Shown: positions 25,421 through 37,484 of the stretch, one piece after another
Position numbering within the stretch: position 1 is the first letter of the stretch
Layout of the letters: each line of letters begins with the position of its first letter
NCBI RefSeq assembly: GCF_001194135.2
Contig: NC_068996.1
Span: 24,852,895-24,899,742, forward strand
DNA length: 46,848 nt
Reading direction: 5' to 3'
Source: Octopus bimaculoides
Lineage: Eukaryota
Translations under genes and position numbers: made by a program
Notes under the pieces: generated by a model
The model's database searches: none
What the model was told of the DNA's origin: nothing
Seen by the model: only the letters and a program-made list of their open reading frames with translations

Positions 25421-25798
25421 TTGTTCTCTCTCACTCTCTTCTCTAGTGCTCTGATATTAACAGAACAAGTCACCAGAAATATCAGATGCAATTTTTAACC
25501 TGGTTCTAATAAATTTTTGCCATTATAAACAAAAACCCTTCACAACATGTATATCATCTATATTTTGATGTAGTACAAGTCTGCAATGTATATTGCTGGT
25601 AGCAACTTAGAATTGGTGAAAGCAAATGGTGCATTAAACACACACATTACTGCTGGAATATGGGATTATTTTAATCTTGATAAACTTTTTTTTATCATTA
25701 AGTAGATTCCAGAATATCATAGAAATAATCCCTGTATGTCTATGTCAGCAATTATTGTTTTAGACACACCTTATATGCACCAGACTATCATGTAAACA

Positions 25799-26434
25799 CT
25801 ATATATATATATATGTATATATATATGTGTGATATAGTATATGTATGTATATATATATTTATGTATATATATGTATATATGTATGTATGTATATATATGT
25901 ATATATATATATGTATGTATATATATGTGTATGTATATATATATGTGTATATATATGTGTATATATATGTATATGTGTATATATATATATATATATGTGT
26001 GTGTGTATATATATATGTATATATATATACATGTGTATATATACATGTGTATATATATATGTGTGTATATATATATATATGCATATATATAAATATATAT
26101 ATGTATATATATATATATATGTCTGTATATATATAGATATGTGTGTGTATATATATGCATATAGATATGTGTGTATGTATATATATGTATATATATATAT
26201 GTGTGTGTGTGTTTATGGGTGCCACCAATATACAAAGTTCTCAGTCTTATTGTTAGAATTATGAAACTGAGTATTAGAATTTTTTGTTGATAACTGATGA
26301 AGAATTAGGATCCTTCTGTGTCTGTCCTACATGAACGTCTTGTAGTATTTAATGCATTTTTTATTGAGTAACTGAATACCATGCATCATGACTTTTGTTA
26401 ACAGTAAGTTTCTATATTTGTGTATATGTGTTTG

Positions 26435-26486
<52 letters not shown>

Positions 26487-26645
26487 TGTATATATGTATG
26501 TATATATATATGTTTATATATATATATACGTATGTGTATATAAATTGCAGTATATATATAGATGTGTATATATATATATATATATATGTATGTATATATA
26601 TATACATATATGTACATATTTATATATATATATGTGTGTGTGTGT
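25799..26645. repeat. Two TA/TG low-complexity fields (25799-26212 and about 26420-26645) flanking a unique island
   Basis: Direct sequence. Confidence 0.95.
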
Positions 26646-27242
26646 GTATAATTGTCTGTTATTGTAACCATTGTTTTAAGTTTTGTACAAAGATTTTTTA
26701 ATATAGGTTATAATGACAATTAATTTCAATTAATAATAATAGATATCTACTGTATGTATTGGATAATACCTACTTTGTTCACAACATAAACAATTCAATC
26801 ATTACATATATGCATATATATATTTATATATATATATATATATATGAACATAATTTAAGGATAAAATCATTAAAATTAAAGAATTTCATCAGTGGCCAGC
26901 ATATAAAAAACTTTATATATATCTATATGGATATATACATACATACATGCACATATATATATGTATGTAGGTATAGTTGTAGTAGTAGTAGTAGTTGCAG
27001 TAGTAATAATAATAATAATCTATGGATGGAATTCATAAATATTTTAATGTATCTCTATTCATTAAAATATATAAATTCCACCCATGGCTTATTATTATTA
27101 TTATTATTATAATTATTATTATTATTACTATATTTATCCTATATTATATCAGCACAGCTCAGTGTGCCCCCCCCCAAAAAAAAACTGGTATTGCCAGTTG
27201 ATATCATTAGGTTGCAGCTGGCATAATAAATCAGAGCTTTTG

Positions 27243-27298
<56 letters not shown>

Positions 27299-27372
27299 AA
27301 TGTATGAATATATATATATGTATGTATATATATATGTGTATGTATATGAATTTATGTATATATATATGAATC

Positions 27373-27403
<31 letters not shown>

Positions 27404-28323
27404 TTATGCACTTATGCTTTAGTCTCTTTGCCTGTTTACCAATTTATCCAGCCAAATGTTTATTTTGTTTGTTTTTGAATATATATTTATTTTGTTTTAG
27501 ATTTAAAATCCTTGTTGAATGTTTATTACAATTCTTTTTACCAAAACCATTGTTAACCTCAGATAAATTGGCTTTTCTGGGTTTTTTTTAAGATGGAAAT
27601 AAAACCATCCTGTTAACCTCGAAAGGAGAATATAATTTTTGCTTTATTAAATATAAAAAGGAACTCTGGGTAAATATATAAGCTCCTTTTCTCCCTGCAA
27701 AGCAACACCATTTTATCAAATCTCAGAGGAATGACAAAACCTTGACTATCAGAACTGTTCTGTTAGCTTTAGAGGGCCAATATCATTCTACTGAAACCTT
27801 TTCAGTTTTGCATCAGTGGAATGGTGTAACTCTTTTTATCAAAGCCATTTCACTCACCTGGGAACAACTCCAATTTTTTTTTTAATCTTTTCAGCCTCTG
27901 AGAAATGACACCATTCTTTAAAAATCATTCTCTTAAGCTTTAGTGAAATAATAATAATAATACCACCCTTTCTTACACAAAGTATTCTGGTAGATCATCT
28001 TGGAACAAGACTAATATGGTATTTTGGTATTTTAGCTACCATTATAAAAGTCCACTTTATTTTCCTTAGTATTGTTTCAATAATGATAATAATCCGTTTA
28101 ATGTTAGTCTGTGTTTTTTCTTTTTCTTTTTCCTTTTTTTTTTTCTCCTTAACCTTATGTGCCCGGTGCAGCTTCTACCGTTTTCTGGTCTCTGATTTCT
28201 TTCTATGTAAATTACTGTTCCCGGTGAGGTTCTTACCTATTGGTTATGAGTGGCATTTACTTTTATCATTGTTTCAATTTCAAATTCTTCAAAATGCCCT
28301 CATGTGTCTAAAACTTAAAAAGA

Positions 28324-28587
28324 NNNNNNNNNNNNNNNNNNNNNNNNNNNNNNNNNNNNNNNNNNNNNNNNNNNNNNNNNNNNNNNNNNNNNNNNNNNNN
28401 NNNNNNNNNNNNNNNNNNNNNNNNNNNNNNNNNNNNNNNNNNNNNNNNNNNNNNNNNNNNNNNNNNNNNNNNNNNNNNNNNNNNNNNNNNNNNNNNNNNN
28501 NNNNNNNNNNNNNNNNNNNNNNNNNNNNNNNNNNNNNNNNNNNNNNNNNNNNNNNNNNNNNNNNNNNNNNNNNNNNNNNNNNNNNNN
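28324..28587. other. Assembly gap (N run)
   Basis: Ns. Confidence 0.99.
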
Positions 28588-29243
28588 TAATGATTGCTTA
28601 TAGATTTACCAAAAAGAAAAAGAAAAATGAAAAACAAACTTTATTTCTTTCGGTAGGCATTTAATTATAATAAACTTTACTGTTTACTTACACGAGTTTT
28701 ATCTTTAATTTTTTTCTGTAAATCATAAATTTAAGAAAAAAAAAAGTTCAGCTACTTAGCATAACTACTCTTATTTCAATTCTTTGTGTATCTGTGTGTG
28801 AGCATGTGTGTGTGTGTGCGTGTTTGTATATATGTATATTCTCAAATCTCTTTTGTTGCTTTCTCTCTTTCCCATTTTCACACATACACATATTTGCATA
28901 TCTAATCATTTTTGTAATTGTTTTGCAAAATTCTTGATATAGAACCATGCATTGAAGTATATCAGTATTTTGGGCAGGTCATTATGCCAATAAATATAGA
29001 CATGCACGTTGGTTGGGTTGTAGTTTAATTATTTATTAATTTGTGAAAGTCTTTTTGTTATGCATCAATAACCTTCTTAATGGAGTCTGTACTTTTGAGC
29101 ATGAGTTTGTTGTAGCTTTTATGTGCACAGTTTCCATAGTGCCTTTTGTGATGTGAGTATTCTCTCACCAGTATAGTTCACTATGATATCAGTAATATCT
29201 ATAATGTATAATGATACCTAATCCAAAGGCTGCATCTTTTTTA

Positions 29244-29311
<68 letters not shown>

Positions 29312-29315
<4 letters not shown>

Positions 29316-29482
29316 TGGTCTGCTGGGAATAAAGGCAAGGAGTTGGCTCTGGATTTGGCACAGCTCATGTTTTCTTTGTGCTCCTGCAATCCTGTTAATT
29401 TGTAGGAGGTGGCACCTTTGTCTGTGTAGCTACACCAGGCAGGGCAGTCCTGTGCTTGCATTTCCCAGGTGTCATGGCTGAT
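29312..29482 (-). CDS. Candidate terminal exon, phase 0, 56 aa (ISHDTWEMQAQDCPAWCSYTDKGATSYKLTGLQEHKENMSCAKSRANSLPLFPADH*)
   Basis: Acceptor gatattttcag|ATC at 29483-29484; the GC-rich unique island coincides with the ORF and ends at TAA just before (TA)n. Confidence 0.45.
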
Positions 29483-29883
29483 CTGAAAATATCTCTGAAG
29501 CATTCAGTATATTTTTGAAGCACTTCTTTTGTCCACCGTGCATGTGCTTGACTTCTACCAGTTCATTACGTATGTATGTATAATGCATGTATTTTAAGAT
29601 TTTGCTTAGGCATAGCAATACTAATAACTAGTGTTAGAACTCAATACACATATGCTAGAGAATAAAGCATTGATCAAGTACAGAGTGTAATATGAATTTA
29701 ATGAAATTACTAGTGAATAGAAATTATGTAATCAACTTCAATAGCTGATAGCTGTTTCTGCTACAAGATACAGTTCACTTATAGCTCAGTGTTTGTGCAA
29801 TGCTTTATAACTTCCTCAGAGCTTCTAAAAAACCTCCTTTGTGATTTATTTAATTCATATCTATATATATAGACAGATGTATA

Positions 29884-29918
<35 letters not shown>

Positions 29919-31559
29919 GATTTGCCTTCAAATTTAAATATGTAGCCTTTCAGTGTTATTTTTATGCTGGTACCAGCTGTATGTGAAACCATGTTTCTAA
30001 TTTTACTATAATTTGCTGAAATTTCAATGGCTTTATCTAACCTCTAACATCTATCAGAGATTTTTAAAACTATTGAGGTAATGATGGGCTATCTATCTAA
30101 TTTGGATTTGCTTGGATAAGCACTTTGTAAGTCATATTGGTTGAGACAGTCTTTCTTACATGTTAGCCATAGGAGAAGACATATTTAGTGAACAATAGCG
30201 TTATGAAATGTTACATCACTCATGCATGTCATTTCCACATTATTCCACAGCAGAATCAGCATTAGTACATAGATATAGGATTACTACAATCATACTACTT
30301 ATAATGCAACCTGTAAGGTAGCTGGATCAGTTACTATCATCGGTCTTGTTCAGGAGGGTCTTTGGCTACTGTTGTGCACATTTAGAAACATCTTAATTAT
30401 TGGGTGTATGATCAAGTGGAAATATTACAGTCCATTTTTCAGTGGAAATATTGACACTCCAAACAGGCTAGGTAGGCTGTTCAACAAAAGAATTAAATAT
30501 ATATCTGTACACTGTCATAAGCCCATTTGTTGCCCCATTTACACTATCAACATACTGAAGAACACAACATATCAATGAGAAATATTGAAATAGAAGCCCT
30601 ACCCTATTACAGACACAAACAACTGAACACATACAAGAGAACATGTATGGAATAACAGAGGCAAGTAATACACCACATCATAGATAATACAATGAATTAT
30701 GGAACAATATAATATGAATTACTGATGTAGACAAGATTAACCCTTAGTACACTATAGGTGCATCATGTCACTGTATGAATTTTCTCCCCTGTAGTAACAG
30801 GACTGACAGGGGAAACAATTCTAGAGAAAATGCAGTGTGCTAAAGGTTAATTTAGAAAACAATAAAACAGCAAGTATTTAGATAGACAAATGAACAGTGG
30901 AAACAGCTATATGTGTGCAAGTTGCTTTGGGGCAGATAAAAGGAAGGAAAATATTATAGGGGTACCCACAACAATTGGAACATGTTTTGGGATGATTCCA
31001 ATTGAAACAGAAATACATATGGAAATAGCAGAAAAAAAAAACCATACACAGACATGGAGACTCACTACCATAAATGTTTACTACCACACTCATTAACATA
31101 CATAACACCATTGCCGCTATACACATCATAGATTAACATGACAACAAACATATACTTACACAGATTAACTTGTCACCTTTGTATATAAATACTGAGCGGT
31201 TGCAAAGAACACATTGAGAAGATTAAAGAAGTGAGTGTCACCAATGCACATGTTAATTGGTTGCATGATCTTCTCAAATTCAGTATGTATATGTGTTTGT
31301 GTGTGCGTGTCACAGGCACACGTTTATCTTTATCTGTTTTAACATTGTTCTGGTATGAGTCAGATGGAATATATTGATACAGTTTTTCTACAGCTGGATG
31401 TCCTTCCTGTCACTAACTCTCACTTATTTCCAAGCAAGGTAATATTTCTCTATGGACAATCATGTAATCACAAAAGACTGGAAATGAAAGATGCTCCTTG
31501 TATGATAGTGGCACCCATATTACTATAATATTAACAAGGAGACACAAACATACAAACAC

Positions 31560-31700
31560 ACGCACACATACATGACAGGATTCTTTCAGCTTGCATCTAC
31601 CCTAGCAATTCCGCTCACAAGGCTTTACTTGACCTGGAGTTATACTAGACAATTCTTGCCAAGGTGCCATGCTGTGGGACTGAACTTGAAACCTTGTTAA
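31560..31700 (-). mobile_element. 5' half of the microsatellite-containing SINE (reverse)
   Basis: ttctttcagcttgcatctacc...ctcacaaggcttt...ccaaggtgccatgctgtgggactgaac is the reverse complement of the family head seen at 43089-43205. Confidence 0.65.
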
Positions 31701-31799
31701 GCCTTAATGCAAATTTAGCAAAGATTAAGCTGTTAGTAAGTAGGGAAGAAACCAGAACCTTGATATCACTAGGGCAATGACCATACTCAGTGTAGAAAT

Positions 31800-32450
31800 G
31801 GAGTAGGTATAAACTCCATGTGCTGTACTCAGTGAAAGCTATGAATACACAAAAGATGTAGAATGAGAGGCAAACTAACAGAGAAAGCATACTTTTTGTG
31901 GCAGATACTCTGGAGCTGTATACACTAAAAGCACACTGGAAATGGACTCTCTTAAATGCTGGCTGGTTCATTAGAAGTAGTTGATAGCTTCTGTTACATA
32001 GGAGACATAATTAGCAGGAAAAGCGGTGAGTCAGAACGTTTAGTAGCCAGAGTAAGAACAGATTTTATGTCCAGGGAGCTACTCCCTCTGCTAGCAACAA
32101 AGGTATTTTCCCTCAGACAAAAGAATATGGTTTTTATGTTAAAAATGCTAAGCTGCATGATAGTGAGATACAGAAGACCTGTGCAAAAAAGATATAAAGC
32201 AGGCATGTTCCATTGGATGTGTAATACTAGTATGCACGAATGCCTGAATACAATGAACTGAGAGAATAATCAAATCTAAAGGATATCAGGTATTTTGTTC
32301 AACAGAGAAGACTGTGCTGGTATGGGCTTGTGATATGCAAGGAAGCTGACAACTGCATAAAGAAATGCCCATCCTCCAATGAAATCAATGAAAGAGATAG
32401 ATAAAGGAAGATTTGAAAAGAAATGATGAAGGTTGAATGAAGAGACATTG
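31800..32450 (+). mobile_element. RTE-clade LINE remnant (C-terminal RT region)
   Basis: LEVVDSFCYIGDIIS...VARVRT...RELLPLLATK.FSLR, and FHWMCN downstream, match RTE RT/thumb motifs; frameshifted. Confidence 0.8.
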
Positions 32451-32919
32451 TATCCTTTAGAAGTTAAATGTTTTTGAATGTTTTCTTGAGGTATAAGTTT
32501 TGATAATAGATGTTATTGATCTTTGCAACATAGCAGAATAAAGAAGTTGATGGATGTAAAAATAGGAAAGATGGATTTCAGCTGATTGAAGATATAGTAG
32601 ATTATCTCTGTCTCAGAACTGAGCTAACAACATCTTTGTCTAGATAAGGTAGTTTTTAGCCAATAGTGCTCTATAACTGCAAGTTATAAATCATCTATGC
32701 ACATAGGTGAACACACCTTTCAACATATATTTCAGCTAATGATTTCTTGTGACAGCTGTGATAAATTGTCAGTTAACTTCATAGTTATACTTCTGTTGTA
32801 TTTTTATATGTCAAAATGCAGACAGAATGTTGTAGAATATTGCCATTTTTGCTGCAAATAAGCTTTGATTTAAATCTTTCACAATTCACATTAACACTCA
32901 CTAACATGTACACCTACCA

Positions 32920-33240
32920 ACTGACTAACCCTAGTACTTACTTTTAAGTTTGGTGAATATTCTATTGGTCTTTTTTGCTGAACCACTAAGTTGCAGGGAT
33001 GTAGACAAAACAACACTTAGTCAAATGATGGTGGTGGTGGTTGTTGGGACAAAGGTAAAGACACACATATATTCATGGCAGGCTTCTTTCAGTTTCTATC
33101 AACCAAATTCACTCACAAGGCATTAGTTGGCCTGGAGCTGTAGTAGAAGACACTTGCCCAAAGTACTGCACAATGGGACTGAACCCCAAAGCAACATGAA
33201 TGAAAATGAGTTTCTTAACCACACTGCTATGCCTGTACAT
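32920..33240 (-). mobile_element. Microsatellite-containing SINE, reverse copy
   Basis: ggcttctttcagtttctatcaaccaaattcactcacaaggc...gaagacacttgccc...gggactgaaccc, with the 3' half (ttttgctgaaccactaagtt) at 32960-33050. Confidence 0.7.
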
Positions 33241-33329
33241 AATAAATATTTTATAGCAGACAACAGTATGGATTCATACTGCTACTACATAGCAGATGCT
33301 AAGTCTGTGAGAAAGCAGTAAATTGAGCT

Positions 33330-35104
33330 TACAAGGATCCACATTGATACAGAAGATCCAGTGAGAGTGATTCTCTATCTTTAGTGGCTACTTAGAGTCA
33401 TGGTGGATAGGCTATCTCATCTATGAAATTTCTAGTAATTTCAATTGCATAAAATGATAGTAAGTGCATAACCATTGTTAGTAGGACTCTGCAAGAGCCA
33501 GGCAAGGAGATAATAGAAAGCATGATGAATCAAGCCAGGAGAATGATACTACATGAAGAAGATACCCAGTAAAGTGTAAACAGATTCATGATTAGGAGAC
33601 AACTGCTAAGGATTAATATCAAAGCATGAGAAACTGAACATAGCTCTCATTGTAGAGTTCATCAGTAGTGATCTTGAATCAAATAAAAATGGCCATTGCC
33701 AAAATTTGGAATGGACAATCAAACAGCATAAAAATTTTGGCAAGCAGAAATAGGAGCATAAAAAATAGCTGAGTAGTTCCTGAGATGTGGACAACCAAGC
33801 AAATGAGCATCTCTCAGTTTCAAGGTTAAACATTTTTGACAACCCAGACAAAATTTAATGCAAGTGAGGTTATTATAACTGGAAAGGGGCAGAATGATGC
33901 TTAGTGCTACTAAGTATCATTTTCTGATAGGAAACAAGATAGCAATAACAGCAACACAAAAAGAAACAAGAATGGTATTTTCAATGAAAATAAGTATAAT
34001 TTATGTCACAATCAGTGGAGGCGCAATGGCCCAGTGGTTAGGGCAGCGGACTTGCGGTCATAGGATCGCGGTTTCGATTCCCAGACCAGGCGTTGCGAGT
34101 GTTTATTGAGCGAAAACACCTAAAGCTCCACGAGGCTCCGGCAGGGGATGGTGGCGAACCCTGCTGTACTCTTTCACCACAACTTTCTCTCACTCTTACT
34201 TCCTGTTTCTGTTGTGCCTGTAATTCAAAGGGTCAGCCTTGTCACACTGTGTCACGCTGAATATCCCCGAGAACTATGTTAAGGGTACACGTGTCTGTGG
34301 AGTGCTCAGCCACTTGCACGTTAATTTCACGAGCAGGCTGTTCTGTTGATCGGATCAACTGGAACCCTCGACGTCATAAGCGACGGAGTGCCAACAACAA
34401 CAACAACATGTCACAATCAATAACTCTATTACTACATCTAACTCCATCAACAACTGATCAAAACCAGAATCATGATCAACAGCACAAAGAAACACAAAGC
34501 AACAGTGTTAGTATACACAAAGGTATTGTACCAATCCTGCTTGAACTCCAATCTTTCCACAAGTAACACATGAACACAAAATATGAGTTTCTTATTATCG
34601 AATGTCTAGAGAGTCTCATCCACTCCATAAAATTGGATGGCATTCACTAAGACCACCATCAGGTGTGCAAAGATGCTTTCAAGAGTACACAACTTTTATA
34701 CTTTTCTACATTCCAAACTGAAGCCAATCTTTCAGGTCCCTTGCCAGAAGGATTTCCATCAACTTTGTGGAGTCCACTTTTCCTCCTTATCCAAGCAATG
34801 TTGGTTCTCTAAGTAAACCCCAGGCAGAAAGCATACACCTTCACTGTCTGCTTTGTGTCTAACTCCACACTATACATCTATTGGCAATCCCCTTCAACTC
34901 TACCCAGTTCTACCCATATAGGCTCCCCTCCCCACATACATACATGCCAAGTGCAAAATAACTCCAGTTACCCCAAACAAATAAGGCCTCTTATAATGCC
35001 TCTTCTATTACTCTTAAAACATGGCACCCTAGGACTTGGTCCTGCACCAACCAAATTCTTTAATCTCTTTCTCTTCCACTTCTCTCTGCCCTCATTACCC
35101 TCAC

Positions 35105-35173
<69 letters not shown>

Positions 35174-35315
35174 CAGGGATATACCCAGACATTTAGAAGT
35201 ACACTTCAGTGTGCATCATTCCAAAGAAAAATAACCCTTCTGACCCAGCCAACTATTACCCTATTGCTCTCACTAACAGTGAGATTCTCCAACACTTGTG
35301 AATTACGCCCCCCCA

Positions 35316-35367
<52 letters not shown>

Positions 35368-36360
35368 ATTGACCATCAGTATGTCTTTCACAGAGTCATA
35401 TTTACTGGAGACCTATTCTTTTATATCATTTAGCAGTGGGACTTAATGAAAGTAATGTTGCTTTGCACATCAGCAAAGTTGTTGATCATGTTCAGCATGC
35501 AAATATCCTATCCAAATATTCCACATACAGATTCCAGCCATCTCTCATTACTTAGATCACTAGCTTTCTATCACATCACACAACTGTGGCATGTATTAAC
35601 AGCATTCTTTCTATTCTTCTCTCAATCAACTCTGTGTTCTCCTGGATTTAAATTTGATCCCCATTCTCTTTATTCTGTACTTCAAAGACCTACTTGCCAC
35701 CACATTCCTCAGTACCCACTCTTGAGCAGATGACACAACTCTTCATTCTTCCTTAACTTTTTCTGCAATCTACATAACAAACCTACATTGAATCAGTAAA
35801 TGAAGATTTCAAGATCATCCAACAGTCAGGCCATACCAACCTTGTCTCTTTTAATAGCAAAAGACTCAAGCAACACTTATATCAAGAAAACACCACCACA
35901 GACCATCTAAACTGGGTAACGTTCAACTAGAACCTCTAGTCACTCCAAATGCTGGCCCTCACTATCACTAAAGATTTCCACTAGCAAGAGCACATCCTTA
36001 TCATAACTAGAAGTGTATCCCAAAGACTGGCTCTTCTCTTCATTGCCAGCAGATATTTCAGCTCTCAACAACTATTGGCGTTCTATTAGACTCAAGTCAA
36101 GCTCTATAAAGTCCATATTGAAGTACTGTGCCCACATCTGAAATAGGGCTGTTGCTATATACACAATCATCCTGGACAGCATTGAGAGAAGGGTCACACA
36201 ACTGATAAATATAACCTCTGACCCACAAGGATTCTGTCTCCACTCTCTGTCTTTTCTACTTCTATTATATTGGTCTCTGCTTCTCAGAGGTAGCTAGTTT
36301 CATACCTTCACCACTCAGGCACTCCCCAGTCCATTTGGCTCTCCACTTGATGCTTCACCC
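33330..36360 (+). mobile_element. Heavily decayed CR1/Zenon-type LINE (ORF2 remnant) interrupted by a SINE and CT/GT microsatellites
   Basis: Motif remnants: SLARRIS..F..STFPP (about 34735-34790), CIIPKKNNPSDPANYYPIALT (about 35210-35275), YCAHI...LDSIERRVTQLI (about 36120-36215), SLCLFYFYYIGLCFSEVASF (about 36245-36300). The left boundary is approximate. Confidence 0.75.
34015..34407 (+). mobile_element. Young full-length tRNA-derived SINE with (CAA)n tail and 12-bp TSD
   Basis: A box tggcccagtgg 34027-34037, B box ggtttcgattcc 34070-34081, CpG-rich body; atgtcacaatca duplicated at 34003-34014 and 34408-34419. Confidence 0.95.
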
Positions 36361-36554
36361 TTGATGCATCCAGTCTCTCCTGCGCCACCCCACAACTCTC
36401 ATTGTACCCAGTCTGTTTTCCTCAGAAAATTTGCCCTTTTGAAACTTTACTCTGTTCATGCTCTTCTTGTTGGTGTTGACTAGCAGTAATTTTAAAAGAA
36501 CATCTACAGCATAGATCTTACCAGTTTCAGGACTGTAAGGCCATTTAGTAAAAA

Positions 36555-36557
36555 GCA

Positions 36558-36592
<35 letters not shown>

Positions 36593-36627
36593 GAAGAAAG
36601 AAAGAAAGGAAGGGAGGGAGGGCAAAA

Positions 36628-36661
<34 letters not shown>
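36555..36661. repeat. Polypurine tract (AAAG)n-(GGGA)n-(GA)n
   Basis: Direct sequence. Confidence 0.9.
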
Positions 36662-36666
<5 letters not shown>

Positions 36667-36949
36667 AAAATGACGCAAAATGAATTTGCGTCAGTGACTA
36701 GTGGGTGTACAAAGCATATGAACGATGCAGACTTTCCCAATTGCTGAGAATGATGTGTGGTGTTCAGCTAAGAAAGACACCCGTTACAGTGAGGGAATAT
36801 TTCCTTGGTGCGAATGTTTCATTAATGATATCCAAGGGCCAAATGGTAGTGTTGGACTGATTACCAAATGGTGGTGTTGGAATGATATAAGCCACAGGTT
36901 ACACTCGATTGAGCAAGGATTATATAATAATTGTTTTTAATCCAGGCAC

Positions 36950-37135
36950 AACACCAATAATTTTGAGGGAGAGGTTGAATCGATATCTATATTCCTAGCT
37001 CTTTACTGATACATCATTTTATTGATCCCGGAGGAATGAAAGGCACAGTTAATCTCAGTGGGATTTGAACTCACTATGTACAGTAGTGTAACTAAATACC
37101 TCAAGGCATTTTGTCGAACGCTCCGTTTCTCTCAA
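36950..37135 (-). mobile_element. Reverse copy of the ATT-tailed tRNA-derived SINE
   Basis: aggcacaa...ttttattgatccc...aatgaaaggcacagtt...gggatttgaactca...ggcattttgtc. Confidence 0.7.
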
Positions 37136-37484
37136 TCTTTCATACAGAGATTACATGATAACAAGCACGGTGGACTGAACTGACAGTTAAAAGCAATGTT
37201 AAAGGGAAGTAACTCTTAAATTTTTAACAGGGGAAACAAAACGTTGTCTTGGTTTTCCTCTCCCCACCTACATCTCTCTCTCTATCTTTCTCTTTCTCTC
37301 TATCTCTCTCGGTAATTTTAGTTTAATACCACTAGACGCAATTTTTTATCGACACAGACTACATACAAGCCTTCTGCTTTCTTTTTAAAGATACATACAT
37401 GCGCGCGCGCACATACGTATATATACATATGAATGTGTGTGTGTTTATGTATATATGTATAAACACACACACACACACACATGT

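Noticed and set aside
27858-27897. Minus-strand 40-nt exon candidate (EAEKIKKKIGVVP) with a GTGAGT donor
   Set aside because: Lies in a block with internal sub-repeats that looks TE-derived, and the frame depends on the length of a poly-A run; no compatible partner exon.
30330-30600. Possible very old Penelope GIY-YIG remnant (ORF 30372-30578)
   Set aside because: Only a vague resemblance; the diagnostic YIG and catalytic residues are not identifiable.
34015-34090. Functional tRNA gene
   Set aside because: The tRNA-like head continues into a 390-bp body with a tail and TSD, so it is a SINE.
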